Source: Chrysomallon squamiferum (lineage: Eukaryota; Animalia; Mollusca). From it: a stretch of DNA of 64,000 nucleotides. Below are positions 23,949-37,493 of the stretch, one piece after another. Each line of letters begins with the position of its first letter. The first letter of the stretch is position 1. A program made the position numbers and the translations under genes. The DNA is taken from positions 10,168,001 through 10,232,000 of the forward strand of contig CM022668.1 in assembly GCA_012295275.1 (NCBI GenBank), given 5' to 3'. Below the pieces are notes generated by a model. The model made no database searches. It had not been told where the DNA came from and saw only the letters and a list, made by a program, of their open reading frames with translations.

Positions 23949-25222
23949 ACCTAACAACAACCTATATACACATGAGTAACATATACACACATACATGCAT
24001 ACATATATATATATATGTATGTATGTATGTGTGTCTGTATGTGTGTACACACACAAAAGGAAATGTATAAGTAGTATAAGTTCTTAACTAAATTCAGATT
24101 GATGATGACAGATATAACAAAGACATGAACTTACTGCATGACTCGCACTGTTACCTGGCAACATATCAAGTGTTTGTATCTGTCTCACAATCAAGCAGTA
24201 CATACCTGTATCAAGCAATCTGGCTAACTGCTGTCCCATCATTACTTGTGGAATACGAGCAGGAACATTTATTTGGTCAGGTTTCACTGCTGGAGATGAT
24301 CGTTGAATGAAACCAGAGTTCTGAACAGTGTAATTCTCATCAAGTTTTCTTGTTGGCTGGTGGGTAGAGTTTGTATTCTCAAGTCCATTATCTCTGAGTC
24401 CACTGCTCTGAAGTCTGTTATCGTTATGACCTGTTTCTGGTGATTCGTTAATGGAGTCAGTGATCTGAACTTCTTTACCACCGTGAAGTTCTTCTGGTGC
24501 CTTGTGGACTGTGTCACTTTTCTGAAGTCCGTTATCATTGTAAACTTCATCTATGTCAACTTCATCCAGATGAACATCATTCTTATCAACATCATCAGTG
24601 TCAACTTCATCCAGATGAACATCATTGTTATCAACATCGTCTAAATCAGCTTTCTTCATATGAACTTGATCAGTGTGCACATCATCTATTTTATCTTCAC
24701 CATGAAGCAGGTGTTCATCAGATACTGACTTTTTTACATCACGTGTGTTACAGTCACCTGCTTCATTGAAGTCAGTGGATTTGTTATAACCTGTGGGGCT
24801 GCAGTTCTTCTTTCGTTTTCTAACATTAGACGAAAGCGTGACACCCTCACAGACAGTCCCAGGATTCTGTTTTGAGTCATTCACATCAGAAGTGTCAGTG
24901 ACATCCTCACAGACAGTCCCTGGATTCTGTTTTGAGTCATTCACATCAGAAGTGTCTGTTTTTTGTGCACGATAGCATTCGGTTTGTAAAGCATCTGCAA
25001 AATAGTATAACACCAATACGTAATGTAATACAAGAAATATACTTGTACAATGGTTCGAATGAACATAGGTTTAGATAAACAAGGAAAGAGCTGTTACTAT
25101 TATGTTAGTGACAAAAGCAACAGTATTAATAAAGATAAAAATAATATAACGTAAACATAGTAATGATATTAATGATGATGATATTAATAATAACCGCATA
25201 ACAAAAAACTACTTATAAAAAA

Positions 25223-25273
<51 letters not shown>

Positions 25274-25518
25274 ACAATTAAATAAATAAAACCTCCGTAA
25301 AACAGAATTAACGGTGTACAACATATACAGTTTAGAAAAAGACTGTAGGCTTGATTCAGTTTATTTATAGTCACAATATTTGCTGTATGACTAGTTTTTG
25401 AACTGTTTAACATCTTCTCTTTACTTCAGCACTTACTTAGTCTTCGCAGTAAAAAGATGATTAAGAGAACAGCAAACAGAAACAGAAACAGAAGTCCTAT
25501 GACGATTGCTAGTATCAT
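17770..25518 (-). CDS. Membrane-anchored STAND NTPase-ankyrin protein: N-terminal TM + acidic repeat region + nSTAND3-type NTPase + about twenty ankyrin repeats, ~1824 aa, 5 coding exons
   Basis: Coding exons on - strand: 25518-25437 (MILAIVIGLLFLFLFAVLLIIFLLRRL), 24994-24206 (acidic), 23559-23434, 22965-22933, 22214-17770. All junctions are phase 1 GT-AG; total 5475 nt in frame; an in-frame stop lies upstream of the ATG. The join of the upstream exons is my reconstruction. Confidence 0.72.
24841..24960 (-). repeat. 60-bp coding tandem duplication (TDTSDVNDSKQNPGTVCE[D/G]V x2); adjacent 45-bp DVHLDEVD repeats at ~24540-24690
   Basis: Visible in the DNA and in the 24084-25016 translation. Confidence 0.85.
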
Positions 25519-26246
25519 GATTGAAATCCGTCTTCTCTTGTCACTTCATACACCAAAACTAAAAAAGTAACAAAAAATACAACAAAACCCCCCAAAAAAC
25601 AAAACAAAACAACAACAATATGCATAAAATATAACAAATTTAATAATTAATAAATATTAGTAAAATAAGATAATAATAATAAAGTGTTTAATATGTGCAA
25701 AAGGTACATTGTTGCATAATGTATCCATAGTTTGTTTAATAAAGAAAATTACTTTCAAGATTTCCTTATGTTGTTAGTAATATCCTGTACTAATGACTGA
25801 TTGTCGATCAGTTCAATGTCACATTATCCACAAGATTAAATAAAGGCCAAAAGGTAATGAATCTAAAAATAAATTTTTGATACCGCCTCTTAATATCCTG
25901 GAAAACCAACACTATAAAAATTGCTTCACCTTTTGCGGAGATACCAGACTCAGAACACTGTTAAACAAAAATGTCAAAGATCGAAATTAGAAATGAATTG
26001 GTTCAGTTAAGATAGTATTTGAAATGTAGGCGTTTGAGACTCAAGCAAACTTGTATATTATTTTATTAATTTTAAAATAAAAAAACAAAATGTTGTTTTT
26101 TTTTTTTTTTGTTTTTATTTTGTCAAAGTCTGAACCTGTCGGATTACAAGCTATTAGTGAATAGATACATACGGAATGACCTTTAACTCATTCATAATTA
26201 TCTGGAATTCATAGTTGTTAAATATAATTAACTATAAACAAATTCA

Positions 26247-26284
<38 letters not shown>

Positions 26285-26715
26285 TCTGAAAAAAAAAAAA
26301 GACGAAAAAAAAAAAAAAACAATTCGTTAAATAACTGATAGAAAAAGTCCTTGCAACGTTAGTAATGATCACGGGGTGTGAACACACCTTTATAAGTTCT
26401 CCGAAGTCCGAACTATCGTACCAAATTGTAATCGGAAGTGAGGTTACTACTAAATATTAAATATAAAAAGAAAACATTTTAGAATACAAACTATTTTATG
26501 TACTTAACTGTACTTTTATGACAGTCATAATAAACATAACGTTTCAGTGTATTTATTACTTCCGTGTTCTTGGGGTTCGAAGGTAAAATTCCTGAACGGA
26601 TAAATACAAATAGCTCCATATTTTAAATCTTGTGGATCAATAATATTTACGAAATTTACGAAAGTAGAAATTACTACAAGTGTTACAAAAGTAACGGTAA
26701 CTAAATTATTCTCAC

Positions 26716-26805
26716 CTTTTTTCTTGTCTAAGAAACACGATCTTTACGAAGTACTTCTCGAACTTTCATTTCCTTGTTTGTTCACAGATTATTTCCCCTT
26801 ATACA
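26716..26805 (-). promoter_or_regulatory. Putative non-coding first exon/promoter of the STAND-ankyrin gene, with GGAAATGAAAGT (IRF/ETS-IRF-like, 26762-26773) and TATAAGGGGAAAT (~26791-26803)
   Basis: Donor-like gtgag at ~26715, plus a second small AG..GT-bounded UTR exon candidate at ~25930-25957. Motif matches are short. Confidence 0.3.
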
Positions 26806-27954
26806 TAACCCAGTCTTTGTAGCATAATTGTTTGACTGTCCAAATTAAACTTACTGGTTCACTAAAGATAGTATTTGAAATATCGGCGTTTGAGAAATAA
26901 ATAAAGCTGAATACTATTTTTTTTTTTTAATATTAATTTTATTGATTTTTCTTCTTTTTAATTTGTCAAAAGTGTGAATATGTCGGGAAAACCTCTGAGT
27001 GAATACATACTAACGGAATAACACATCGTTTTTTTATCTCATGCATATTTACCTGGGATTACATAGAGATTACATAGAATTAATAATCATCTTTATCATT
27101 ATTATTATCATTATTATAATCATCATCTTCATTATTTTTATTATCATAATTATGATGAATGTTATTATTATCATCATCATCATCATAATGTCTATAAATA
27201 TACTATTAACACTGGTCTGCATAGAAATTTAATTTTTGAAAAAAAGGGAATCAAGGGACTGATTCTATACAGTAAAGTAAATGTTTTAACGTAAATAAAT
27301 GTTTTTAAAACATGATAGTAAAATAATAAAGTCAAAACCAAACACTAGCCAGTACAACAAAAGTAGCATCAAAATTGAAAAGCACCAAAGCGGATTGTAA
27401 TATATGTTACAATGGTCAACTTGAATCGCTAGAGATAAAATCATAAAATATAAAAATGTTTTCAAACTAAATTTCTGATCCAATACGTTTTTTAATTCTT
27501 AAATACGTACATATATACATACATACATACATACATACATACATACATAAAACATACAAACATACATTTATACGTTCATACATACATACAAACATACATA
27601 CAAACATACATGCATACACATCAGTCGTTACAGATATTCACGACGATTGGCAATACTTAGTTTACATTAGCTAAAGGATTATTAAACCCGATACCCTTAA
27701 TATATATTTTTTTTACTTAGATGCTATCTGCATAATACAAGTCCCCCAATGAAAGACACCCTCAAAAAAAGACAAACCCCGTAAAAACAGATTAGATATG
27801 TAGATAAAACAAATCTCTATGTATTTTCAGGCGTGCTTATCGGTTTGCATGTTGCTCTTTTAACTGACATGTGTGTGCACGTGTCATGTTCATACAGACA
27901 GACATACAAACAGACAGCGTGAGAGATTTATAGACAGACTGATAGAGAAACACA

Positions 27955-28220
27955 CATTTGCTACCCAGTTGAAAATCACCGACACCCTCCTACAGAAGGA
28001 TAAAAATATCTTCCTGGTTAACTTGTTCGACAAGATTATTTTACAATAGTCGAATTCATCTGCAAATCACAGGTCACTAGTCTAGTTACTGTATTTATAA
28101 CTACCCGCTGAAGAATGTGTGTTTTATGATTTGTTGTTACTTGAAATAACTCTGTAGTGACAGATAAAGAAAGGAGGTTTTATAAAAGTTAACAGATTTT
28201 GTTGTTTCAAAACAGAAAAC
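27955..28220 (+). promoter_or_regulatory. Family promoter block, copy C
   Basis: Aligns with the other copies; GATAA and CTTCCTGG are retained. Confidence 0.55.
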
Positions 28221-29073
28221 TTGTTGAAGTGTTGGATTTATTTGTTTCTTTCTGCGTTGTGCTTTTATTTCAAGTTTGAATACGTATCAGGCAAAGGTTG
28301 GTTGTTTTATTTACGCTTTTATTTATTTAAACAAATAATTTTTATTATGATTTTGTTGCTGTTGTGGTTGTTGATGGACAGGATAATTATCTTACAGGAT
28401 AAGACGAGAAATCTGAGATAGGAAATGAAATAAATAAAACTAGACACCTTTCAAAACGTGGAAAAATATACCAAGTAAAATCAACATATGTATATACGTA
28501 TAACCTATGTCTCTACATATACACACATACATACATAAAAGAAATGTTTACAGACCCAGATAAATATATACATACATATAAATATGAATTGACAGACAGG
28601 TATATGGAGTCAGACAGATTGATTTTATATTCATAAGAAGTAAATAAATACAGTATAAATAGACGTTGAAGTACTAACTCTTATTTTATTGTAATTTGAA
28701 CTGGTTTACGAGTAAAATATACATCAGATGTGAACTAGTTTCTCAAACTAATACTGATTATATTTCGTCAGTGTGTGTGAAGACCGCACAGTAATAAAGC
28801 AGTTTTAAAGTTGTACAAACAGTTTTTTATGTCAGGTATATTAGGTTTCGTTAAGATATTTCAGCATGATTGGCTGACGATGGTTACAATGACATTATTG
28901 TTAACAGTGGTAGATTAAAAAATAATAATAATAGCAGTAGTAATATTAGTAGAAGCAGTTGAACTATATTATAGTGGTAGTGGTAGCAGTATTTCTATTA
29001 ATAATAGTGATGTATATAGCAGTAGTACTAGAAGTAGTATTATAATAGTGTTTATATCAATTTTATATATGCT

Positions 29074-29109
<36 letters not shown>

Positions 29110-29687
29110 GAGAGAATGTTACTACCTAACATAAGCTATCAGTCGTAGTCGTAGTAGCAGTAGTAGTAGTGGCTGTAAAAGTTGCCGTTGTGGAAATAGT
29201 AGTAGCATTAACAGTAGTACTTACGTATAACTAGTAGTAGTAGTTATAGTTACGTTGGTAAAACACAGTAGCATTACAGAAGTAGCAAGGACGGTCAAAT
29301 TCCATTAAACAGTACTAACATTTTTTTATTCCTATTTCTCCTGCAGTTGCTGCTATCCCTTTTGTCGTGGTTGTTTCTCTTTTTGTTAATTTTAGTTGTT
29401 GCTAAACTTCATTGCTAGGTGACTGTACACAAGGGACCTATGGACTTAACTGTAACTACACGTGTCACTGTCATATTAATAAATGTGATGACGTCACAGG
29501 ATGTAATGGCGGGCCTAATTCTTGCAAAAGCGGATGGTCAGGTCCAAAATGCACAATTGGTAAGTATATTTAAACTTCATAATTTGGATCTATGCTTGTT
29601 TGTATGCATGCACTATATTTGAATGTACATATGTATGTGTGAGTGTGTGTGTGTGCGTGTAAGTGTATATATGCATATATGCATATA

Positions 29688-29721
<34 letters not shown>

Positions 29722-29724
29722 TAT

Positions 29725-29771
<47 letters not shown>

Positions 29772-30169
29772 TAGATATATACATAGCTATACATATACAC
29801 GCGAATACATGCACGCATATATATATATATAGTACATATATTGTGCATGAAATTATTGACTTTCAATCAGTATCTCCTGTAGCCTCCCTGCTCTGTACTA
29901 AATGCTTCCAGACTCTTCCTCATGTCTTTGGTAAATGGCAGGATTTAATTTTTAAGAATCGTGATCCAGTGCTGTTCTAATCTTGTTCAAATCCTTAATT
30001 CATTAACAGTCTGGAAAGTAGTGTTGCTCTGTCGAACATAACATTCTGAAGTGTCCCGCAGATGCTCTGTGGAATTCATGGCTGGACATGGATTCTCAAC
30101 AACATACTGTTGCAATTGCATTAAAGAGTCTCTGAAAGAACTGGCATTTTCGTGCTTGAAAATGAGTCT

Positions 30170-30872
30170 TGTGATTATGAAAATGAGGGTATAACCACTG
30201 TTTCAAGGATCTATTGTTGATACCGAAGCCACGTTTAGGCTACCATGAACGGCGACGAGGTCCATCTTGCAGTTCAAGGAAACACTCCTCTGTCACGACT
30301 GACGCAAAGGAAACGTTATCTTGGATAATGTGAGGAGAGATGGTTTTGTATCCAGACACGTGTACAACCATCCACTATACACAGGAAGAAAGGTGATCTC
30401 TCCGACATGATGCCGACTTCCAGCGAATACTTTAATTACACCAAGAAATCGTGCTTCTTCGTGAGCGGGAGACAGTTTTATACGTTGATAGGTTATCTGA
30501 CACCTAACCTGCTCCTAACAGTCCTACAGTAAATGTCTCTCCCTGGTAACAACTGTTATATTAAAGACGTCTAACAAGACTCAAAAATGTTCTGTCCTCT
30601 CTTATTTTTGCCTTACGGGGTCTGCCATGTCTTGGATGATATTTGACATCACTGATACTGAATAGTCAACGCAAATTGACAGGAGACAGTATGAAAGTGT
30701 AATCATTACGAACCAGATTGAACACTGTTGAAGATATGACATTTCACGTGCATTGTTTGTGGTTCCACGAAAGACATGCTATTCAATAAGATGCCAGACA
30801 ATAAAGATTTCAGAAAAAATTAGCTGTATAATGTTCCTTTGAATTAGGTGTTGCTTACTTTATTTCCATATG
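30170..30872 (-). mobile_element. Degenerate Tc1/mariner transposon remnant in intron 2 of gene C
   Basis: The minus strand reads DVKYHPRHGRPRKAKIREDR (Tc1 GRPR AT-hook-like motif) near 30595-30650. Many stops; absent from the homologous intron in A. Confidence 0.55.
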
Positions 30873-30908
30873 TGTGTCTGTGTATGTGTATGTATTGTGT
30901 GTCTGTTA

Positions 30909-30939
<31 letters not shown>

Positions 30940-32510
30940 AGTCTAATATCCATATATTTTGGTAAGTCTAATATACATATTATTATGGGATCTAGTAATC
31001 GTAGTAGTACTAGTAGTTGGAATTGTGGTAGTACTATTTGTGAATAATTATAACATATTTTAATTTATTTATTTATTTATTTATTTATTTGTTCTAGAAA
31101 ACGTTGCGTTTGGTAAGAAGACTACACAAAGTTCCTATTACACAAAACAGCGACAAGAGTCTTCACTAGCAGTAGATGGTGACACAACAGCTACTAATTT
31201 TCAGTGTATTCTAACAGACGTTGATAAACAACCCACCTGGTGGCAGGTAGACCTGGGAGATTTTTATTTCATACATGAAGTAATCATTTACTTCAGAACT
31301 GACTGTAAGTTTACCTTATCTCTACTTACCTTCATAAATTATTTTATAAATTTTACTAGTTTTCATTTTAAATACATTCTAAAGAAAGAAGCTTAATATA
31401 AACATAATAGTAATAGTAGTAGTAGTGGTAGTTATAGTAGTATCTGTTGTTGTTAATGTTGTGTATACAATATTATTTTTAGGTCATTTACTTATTTCAG
31501 TTTTGGGGAATTTATTTTGTTTTATTTATCATTAATTATTAATTTTTTTTATTATTGTTTCAAAAATTTAGTTCAGATAATTTTTCAATAAATAACCTGT
31601 ATAAAAACAGTACACGTACATCCATATACACACACAGACACGCAAACACACACACGCATGCACACACACATACTGTTTTAATGAAATTCTTCAATAAAGG
31701 AAATATAGAAACACATCAAGAGAATAAATTATTTGTAAACAGGAACAAAATGTTTCATTAAAGTTTTGATAATTCTGCTGTCATATCTTGTTTTTAGATT
31801 CCATAGCGACATCTTAATTCTTAACTCCTTCTAACGGTTTCTTTGGTGTCTATATTTAACATAATGCGCAGATGTCGCTTGCTATTAATTAATTAGTGTA
31901 TGTATATATATGCATGTTTAAAAAATTGTGTCTGTACTTAGATACAAATACAGATAGAGAACTAACACACATTTTTACTACATTTTAGATTTTGATCGCA
32001 GAGATGGTGTTGAACTCTACAGCTCTGAGAAGGAAAGCCAGATTAACACAGGACACTTGTGTGGTAAAACAGATATAAACAGTCCAAATATAACACATCT
32101 GACCTGTAATCAGAATGCTAGATACATCACACTTTACAGAGACACAGGCGACTTTTCAATGGACTTTTGTGAAGTTCAAGTTTTTGGTATGTAGACTTTA
32201 TAAATACATTTATTACGTGTAGAAACATTTAGTAGACACATTTAAAAACACTTTTATATATACATATATACACAAACATGTACGTACAGTTGCATACATA
32301 TGTTAACACAAGTATACAGACACACACGAGAGCCACATATACATTTATATCATCACAATCACCAGAATCAGCACCATAATTATGTTGATTCTTATTTTCC
32401 AGTCGTTTTGTTTAATGTCTTTTTAAATATGAGACACAAGAATATTTCTAACAAACTGTTTTCCTTTCATATTATTCTGTAATTATTCTGTAATTTATTA
32501 AAGAACTACA

Positions 32511-32551
<41 letters not shown>

Positions 32552-32562
32552 ACACACACACA

Positions 32563-33205
32563 CAGTGGTACCTTGACGTACGAGTTTAATTCTACCGTCA
32601 CCGAGCTGGTAACTGGTAAATACGCTCGTATATCAAAACAATTTTCCCAATAGAAATTAAATGAAATACCATCAATCCGTTCCAGCCCCCAAAACCATCC
32701 CAGTTTTTTTTTGTAACGTGTTTTTAAATAAGAAAAATGTATGTAAATGACAATTATTGTATAAAAAACAAAATAAAAGAGAATGTAAAGAACTAAACAG
32801 ATTTTGTAAAGTGTACAGGGTTAGGGTTTCTCCATCTTTTCATGGAAAGAAAATTATTTTAACGCCTTTGGCTGCACTTGTAACCTTTCTCGACTCCTTC
32901 TGCTTCAGTATGGTACATATCATAAAAGTACTACCCTCGCACTGCCTAACCATGTTGACTACATACACACCTCACTCATGTTTTTCTATGACTTCATGCT
33001 TTAATTAAATGTACATCATTCGCTTCTTCTTCTCAGCACTGTCCTTTGCACTCACTTTCTTAGAGCATAACACAACATAAATGCTTCCACGGCGAGGTAT
33101 CCAGGTGAAACGCGGGATGCTGGGCGAATGTTGTGTTGTTCGTTGCGCCAACAAGCTCGTAACTTGCATCTTGTTTCGCAACTCAAAGCAATAAATCCGT
33201 TTTTT
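32563..33205 (-). mobile_element. Tigger/pogo-derived non-autonomous element in intron 4 of gene C
   Basis: Starts with the TIR-like cagtggtaccttgacgtacgagtttaatt; homologous to 58075-58771; carries a CENP-B-type HTH remnant (SAKDSAEKKKRMM). Absent from gene A intron 4, which is only 110 bp. Confidence 0.75.
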
Positions 33206-35892
33206 ACTATTAAACCATTTTTTTTTCACCATTACTTTTCAGTCTGTGACTCTGGAACGTATGGACAACACTGTACTGAGTTTTGTCATTGTAAAACACA
33301 TCCCTGTAATTACACTACTGGAAAATGTTCTGACGGATGTGAGGCTAACTGGACTGGGTCCGCTTGTAATGGTATCATACAGAAAATACTAATCATGATA
33401 AACAGTTTATTAAAATAAAATTGACTGTTAAGAGTTATTATTATTTTAGCCATTAAGCAAATATTAATAGATAAATATTAATATTAAAAATAAACGTGTG
33501 AATGGGCGTATATGTTAGTGTGTATGTTTGTATGTTATTCAGAGATCACACACCATAATAAACTGGGTACCTAATTTAGACGTGTTTTATAATAATAATT
33601 TTATACATGTATTTCAGTGTGTGATTCCAGTCACTATGGTGAACTGTGTGGTGAAGATTGTTCTACCAGACACTGTAATGGTTCATCAACGTGTAACAAC
33701 GTAACAGGAAAATGTGACAATGGTTGTACTGCAGGCTTCATTTCAGCTGACTGCAAACAACGTAAGATATATATTACATAGAAACACACTTACATCTATC
33801 TTTTCTACTTTAGTCTTCAACAATTTAAAGTAAAACTGTATTCATCAATAAGCAATATGGCTGCTCGAAAAAAGATTTATTTGAAAGCCGTGTCGCAAAT
33901 CAGTTTAATTAAAGGCAAAGTCTAGATTATACTGCTATAAGTATTATTCATACCGTACTTAAATGTAAAATGATAGAAACTACTAGAATGATTAATAAAT
34001 ATATGTCTGTATTTTCGTAAGACTTCATACAAAAAAATAGTAATAAGTAAGCCTCATCAAGCAATCAGTAATTGCTGCAATTCATCGAGTGTCTTTATAC
34101 AGTCAGATCAAGTCTTGTCTGTAAGAGTAATCATAGAATCAGTATCTGTTTACAATCAGTAAATCTCATCATCCAGACATGTCATTATCATCTCTAGTTG
34201 TCATCATACACTCAGTAAGCGTGATGTGTATGTAACTATGTACATATATGTGTTTATATTTTGTTATTCTGTGTTTTATAAAATAGTCTTTCTTTACTTT
34301 CAGCCTTTGTAATTTGTATCTCGATATTTCAGAATGTTCCCGTGATCGATACGGACAAAACTGTGCAAAGTTGTGTACAGATCGTAAATGTTTTGGAAAT
34401 TCAATTTGTGATGCTGTGAAAGGAACTTGTGTTGATGGCTGTCAAAGAGGATACGAGTTTACAGACTGTACAAACAGTACGTATTGACTAGTGAAAGAGA
34501 AAAACAGAGTTAAAATGTTAAACTTCATTTCATTGAGATTATATAGTTCATCGAATATGAGCAGTCTGATTTTATTCCAGACACAAAAATCTCTAGAGAA
34601 TGCCTGTTATAGAACGATTGTTTTGTTGTTGTTGTTTATTCCTTTTTGTTATTTATTTATGTGTTTATGTATGTGTTTATTTATTTATTTATTTATTTTG
34701 TTTCAACAAAGATTAGATGACTATGTTCTTTAGAGATAATTCGCTTCTTGTTTAGCTGTAGATTAAACCATGATTATAAATCTGTCTTTTTTCAAACATG
34801 TTCAACACGTTATAAGTACAGAAATAACGATTAATTATTTGTATGTCTTGGAGATCTGACTATAATATTCTGATTACCAAAGACACGAACTCAAGCCTGA
34901 AAAAAAAAAAACTAATAAGAACAATAATAATAATTATTAACTCAGAAAAGATAACATTTGTTATAATATTCCTTTACGAACATTTTTTATTTCATTTCAA
35001 AGTTCACAGAGATTCAAATAGCGATGCTGTTATTCATTACTATTTCCACGAAGTACGTATTGAAAAGATCATATTTATTATGACTTTTTCACACTTCAAA
35101 AAAGTCTATTTATTAATTTTGTTTACGACTCTTTGTTCATATAATAGATTTTCTCTCTTTCCTTCTCCAAAACTCAAAAAATACACATAGGCATTTCTAC
35201 AATGAGCAGACATCAATGAAAATGTTGATTATTTTTCGACCTAGAATATGCGTTCTTCGCTAAAATGTCAAGTTGATCAGACATTTTTTTTTAGAGTTTT
35301 CTTCAGAACCTTTTCTGAGTTCCAGATGATTTTTGTCGTTAAAAGGCTGACAAGTCTTCCAGGCATATACACAATTATACACGTTCACATACATAGGTTA
35401 TACAACACAGTGCTTTTCTTTAGTAAGTGGATATATGTTCTTATGTTCTTATTAAATTTCCAGATCTTTTGTTCGTTTTCAGGTTGTAATGGCACATACG
35501 GATACAACTGTAACATGTCTTGTGACGACAGACATTGTAAAGGTAGACACGACTGTGACAGGGAAAATGGAACATGTAAAGATGGCTGCCTTGCAGGTTG
35601 GGAACAACCAGACTGTACAGTCAGTAAGTGACACAACACAATCAGTAAGTTTCGTCACAGAACCTGTAAGTGTCATCAAAACTTAGTGTATTCATTTATA
35701 ATCAGTACCTATATTCTTATCATCACTAAGTCTCATCATATTATGTTTAAATTATCAAAAATCATTCATTATATAGAAGTACTTACACACTTGCAGACAG
35801 AGAGATATAGAGAGGCACACTCATAGACAGACAGATAGATAGATACACAGGTAAGTGTAGGTAGCTTAATGGACAGTCTGAAAGTGACAAGA

Positions 35893-35972
<80 letters not shown>

Positions 35973-37493
35973 TATACACACACTAGGTAATGGTATTATA
36001 GTACAAGGTGACTTTTAAAAAACAATAAATATTATTTAAAATAATTTTGCAGAATGTCGACATGACACATATGGATCTAACTGTGAGTACAAGTGTAGTG
36101 AAAGACATTGTACAGATAACAACTCTAAGTGTGATGCTCAGAATGGGAAATGTCAAAATGGTTGTCAACCAGGATGGAAAAACCCAAGTTGTAATGAACG
36201 TGAGTCATGTTATAAGCATTTTTACTTTACAGAACTAGTGAATGAACATACAAGAGTGAAGAATATCGACACATCTGTATAAATTACATTCTCTTTACAC
36301 TTATCTTTCAGGAAAAAATATGTATGTATGCATTTAAGTATTAAGTGTGTGTGTATGTATGTAAGTTGATATACATGTATGTACATGAATACCTGCATGC
36401 ACCAACGTGTTTCTATTTATGAATATTTGTGAAAATATAGCAAACATGCATTTATACATTAGGTCAGCTCTTAACTAACTTGACATGTATGATGTACAGA
36501 CGCACTGTTAGGTAGGTAGAAATGCGCACTCATTTGTAATGTGTTTGTCAACTGAAGAAAATGTTACTATTTTTCAGAGTGTGATCATGATACGTATGGC
36601 GCTGGTTGTAAATTTAACTGCTCACAAAGACACTGCAGAGAAAGTGCATCTAGCTGTGATCACGTGACTGGTTCTTGTGGTGGACAGTGTCAGGACGGGT
36701 GGAGTGGAATCGACTGTACAGGTAAACTATTAACAAATTGATGTTCATGCAGCAAATCATTTATCAGTGATGACAAAGTAAACATTTTCACGAACCTGAT
36801 ATTTGCATATTAATGCATGTAGGCTGCAATACGGTGTTTTATGTTAACACTTTTGAAGATTTTTCTCTTCTTATTTAAACGTAAAACGGTCAAGGTGGAC
36901 TTATACTTCACAACAGGAGTATTGATAAATCGTAAACCACTGATGACAACGTTAACAGTTTAAATTACTTTCATATTCAACCTTCAATGGTTTGTAATAT
37001 CAGTTGTGTTTCCTACTTTACAACTTAAGGGTGGTATAACTTAAATTAAAGGGAAATGATACTTTTTGTTAATTTTGTAATTTTAAACAAATGTATTGCT
37101 GTTCAAGAACAAAATTAATTTCTTTCAGGTTGTGATGGGATGTTTGGACCAAACTGTGTTTACAACTGCAGCAGCAGAAAGTGTAAAAATACAAAAGCAC
37201 CTTGTGATCACGTGACAGGATCCTGCGAAGGAGAATGTTTACCTGGCTGGAGAATTGACTCATGTACAGAAAGTAAGAATACAAAATAAATATTTTTGTA
37301 CTGGGTTGTCTCTCTTGTATTCTTAACAAATTATGAAATTTTAAACATATATGTACGATATTAAAGGATTATAGAACAACTAGTACAACAGTTCCAAAAA
37401 GGAAAAAAAAACGTTTGCTAATATAACAACTGCTACCAGTCCTTGACGTCCCCCCCCTGGAGCCAGCAAGTACCATAGAAACCAACAAGTAAC

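Noticed and set aside
24084-25016. 310-aa ORF as a stand-alone gene
   Set aside because: It is bounded by a strong acceptor (24995) and donor (24205) in matching phase, so it is an internal exon of the STAND gene.
29870-30170. Possible Penelope/GIY-YIG remnant (minus strand RLEQHWITILK)
   Set aside because: Too short and degenerate to support a call.
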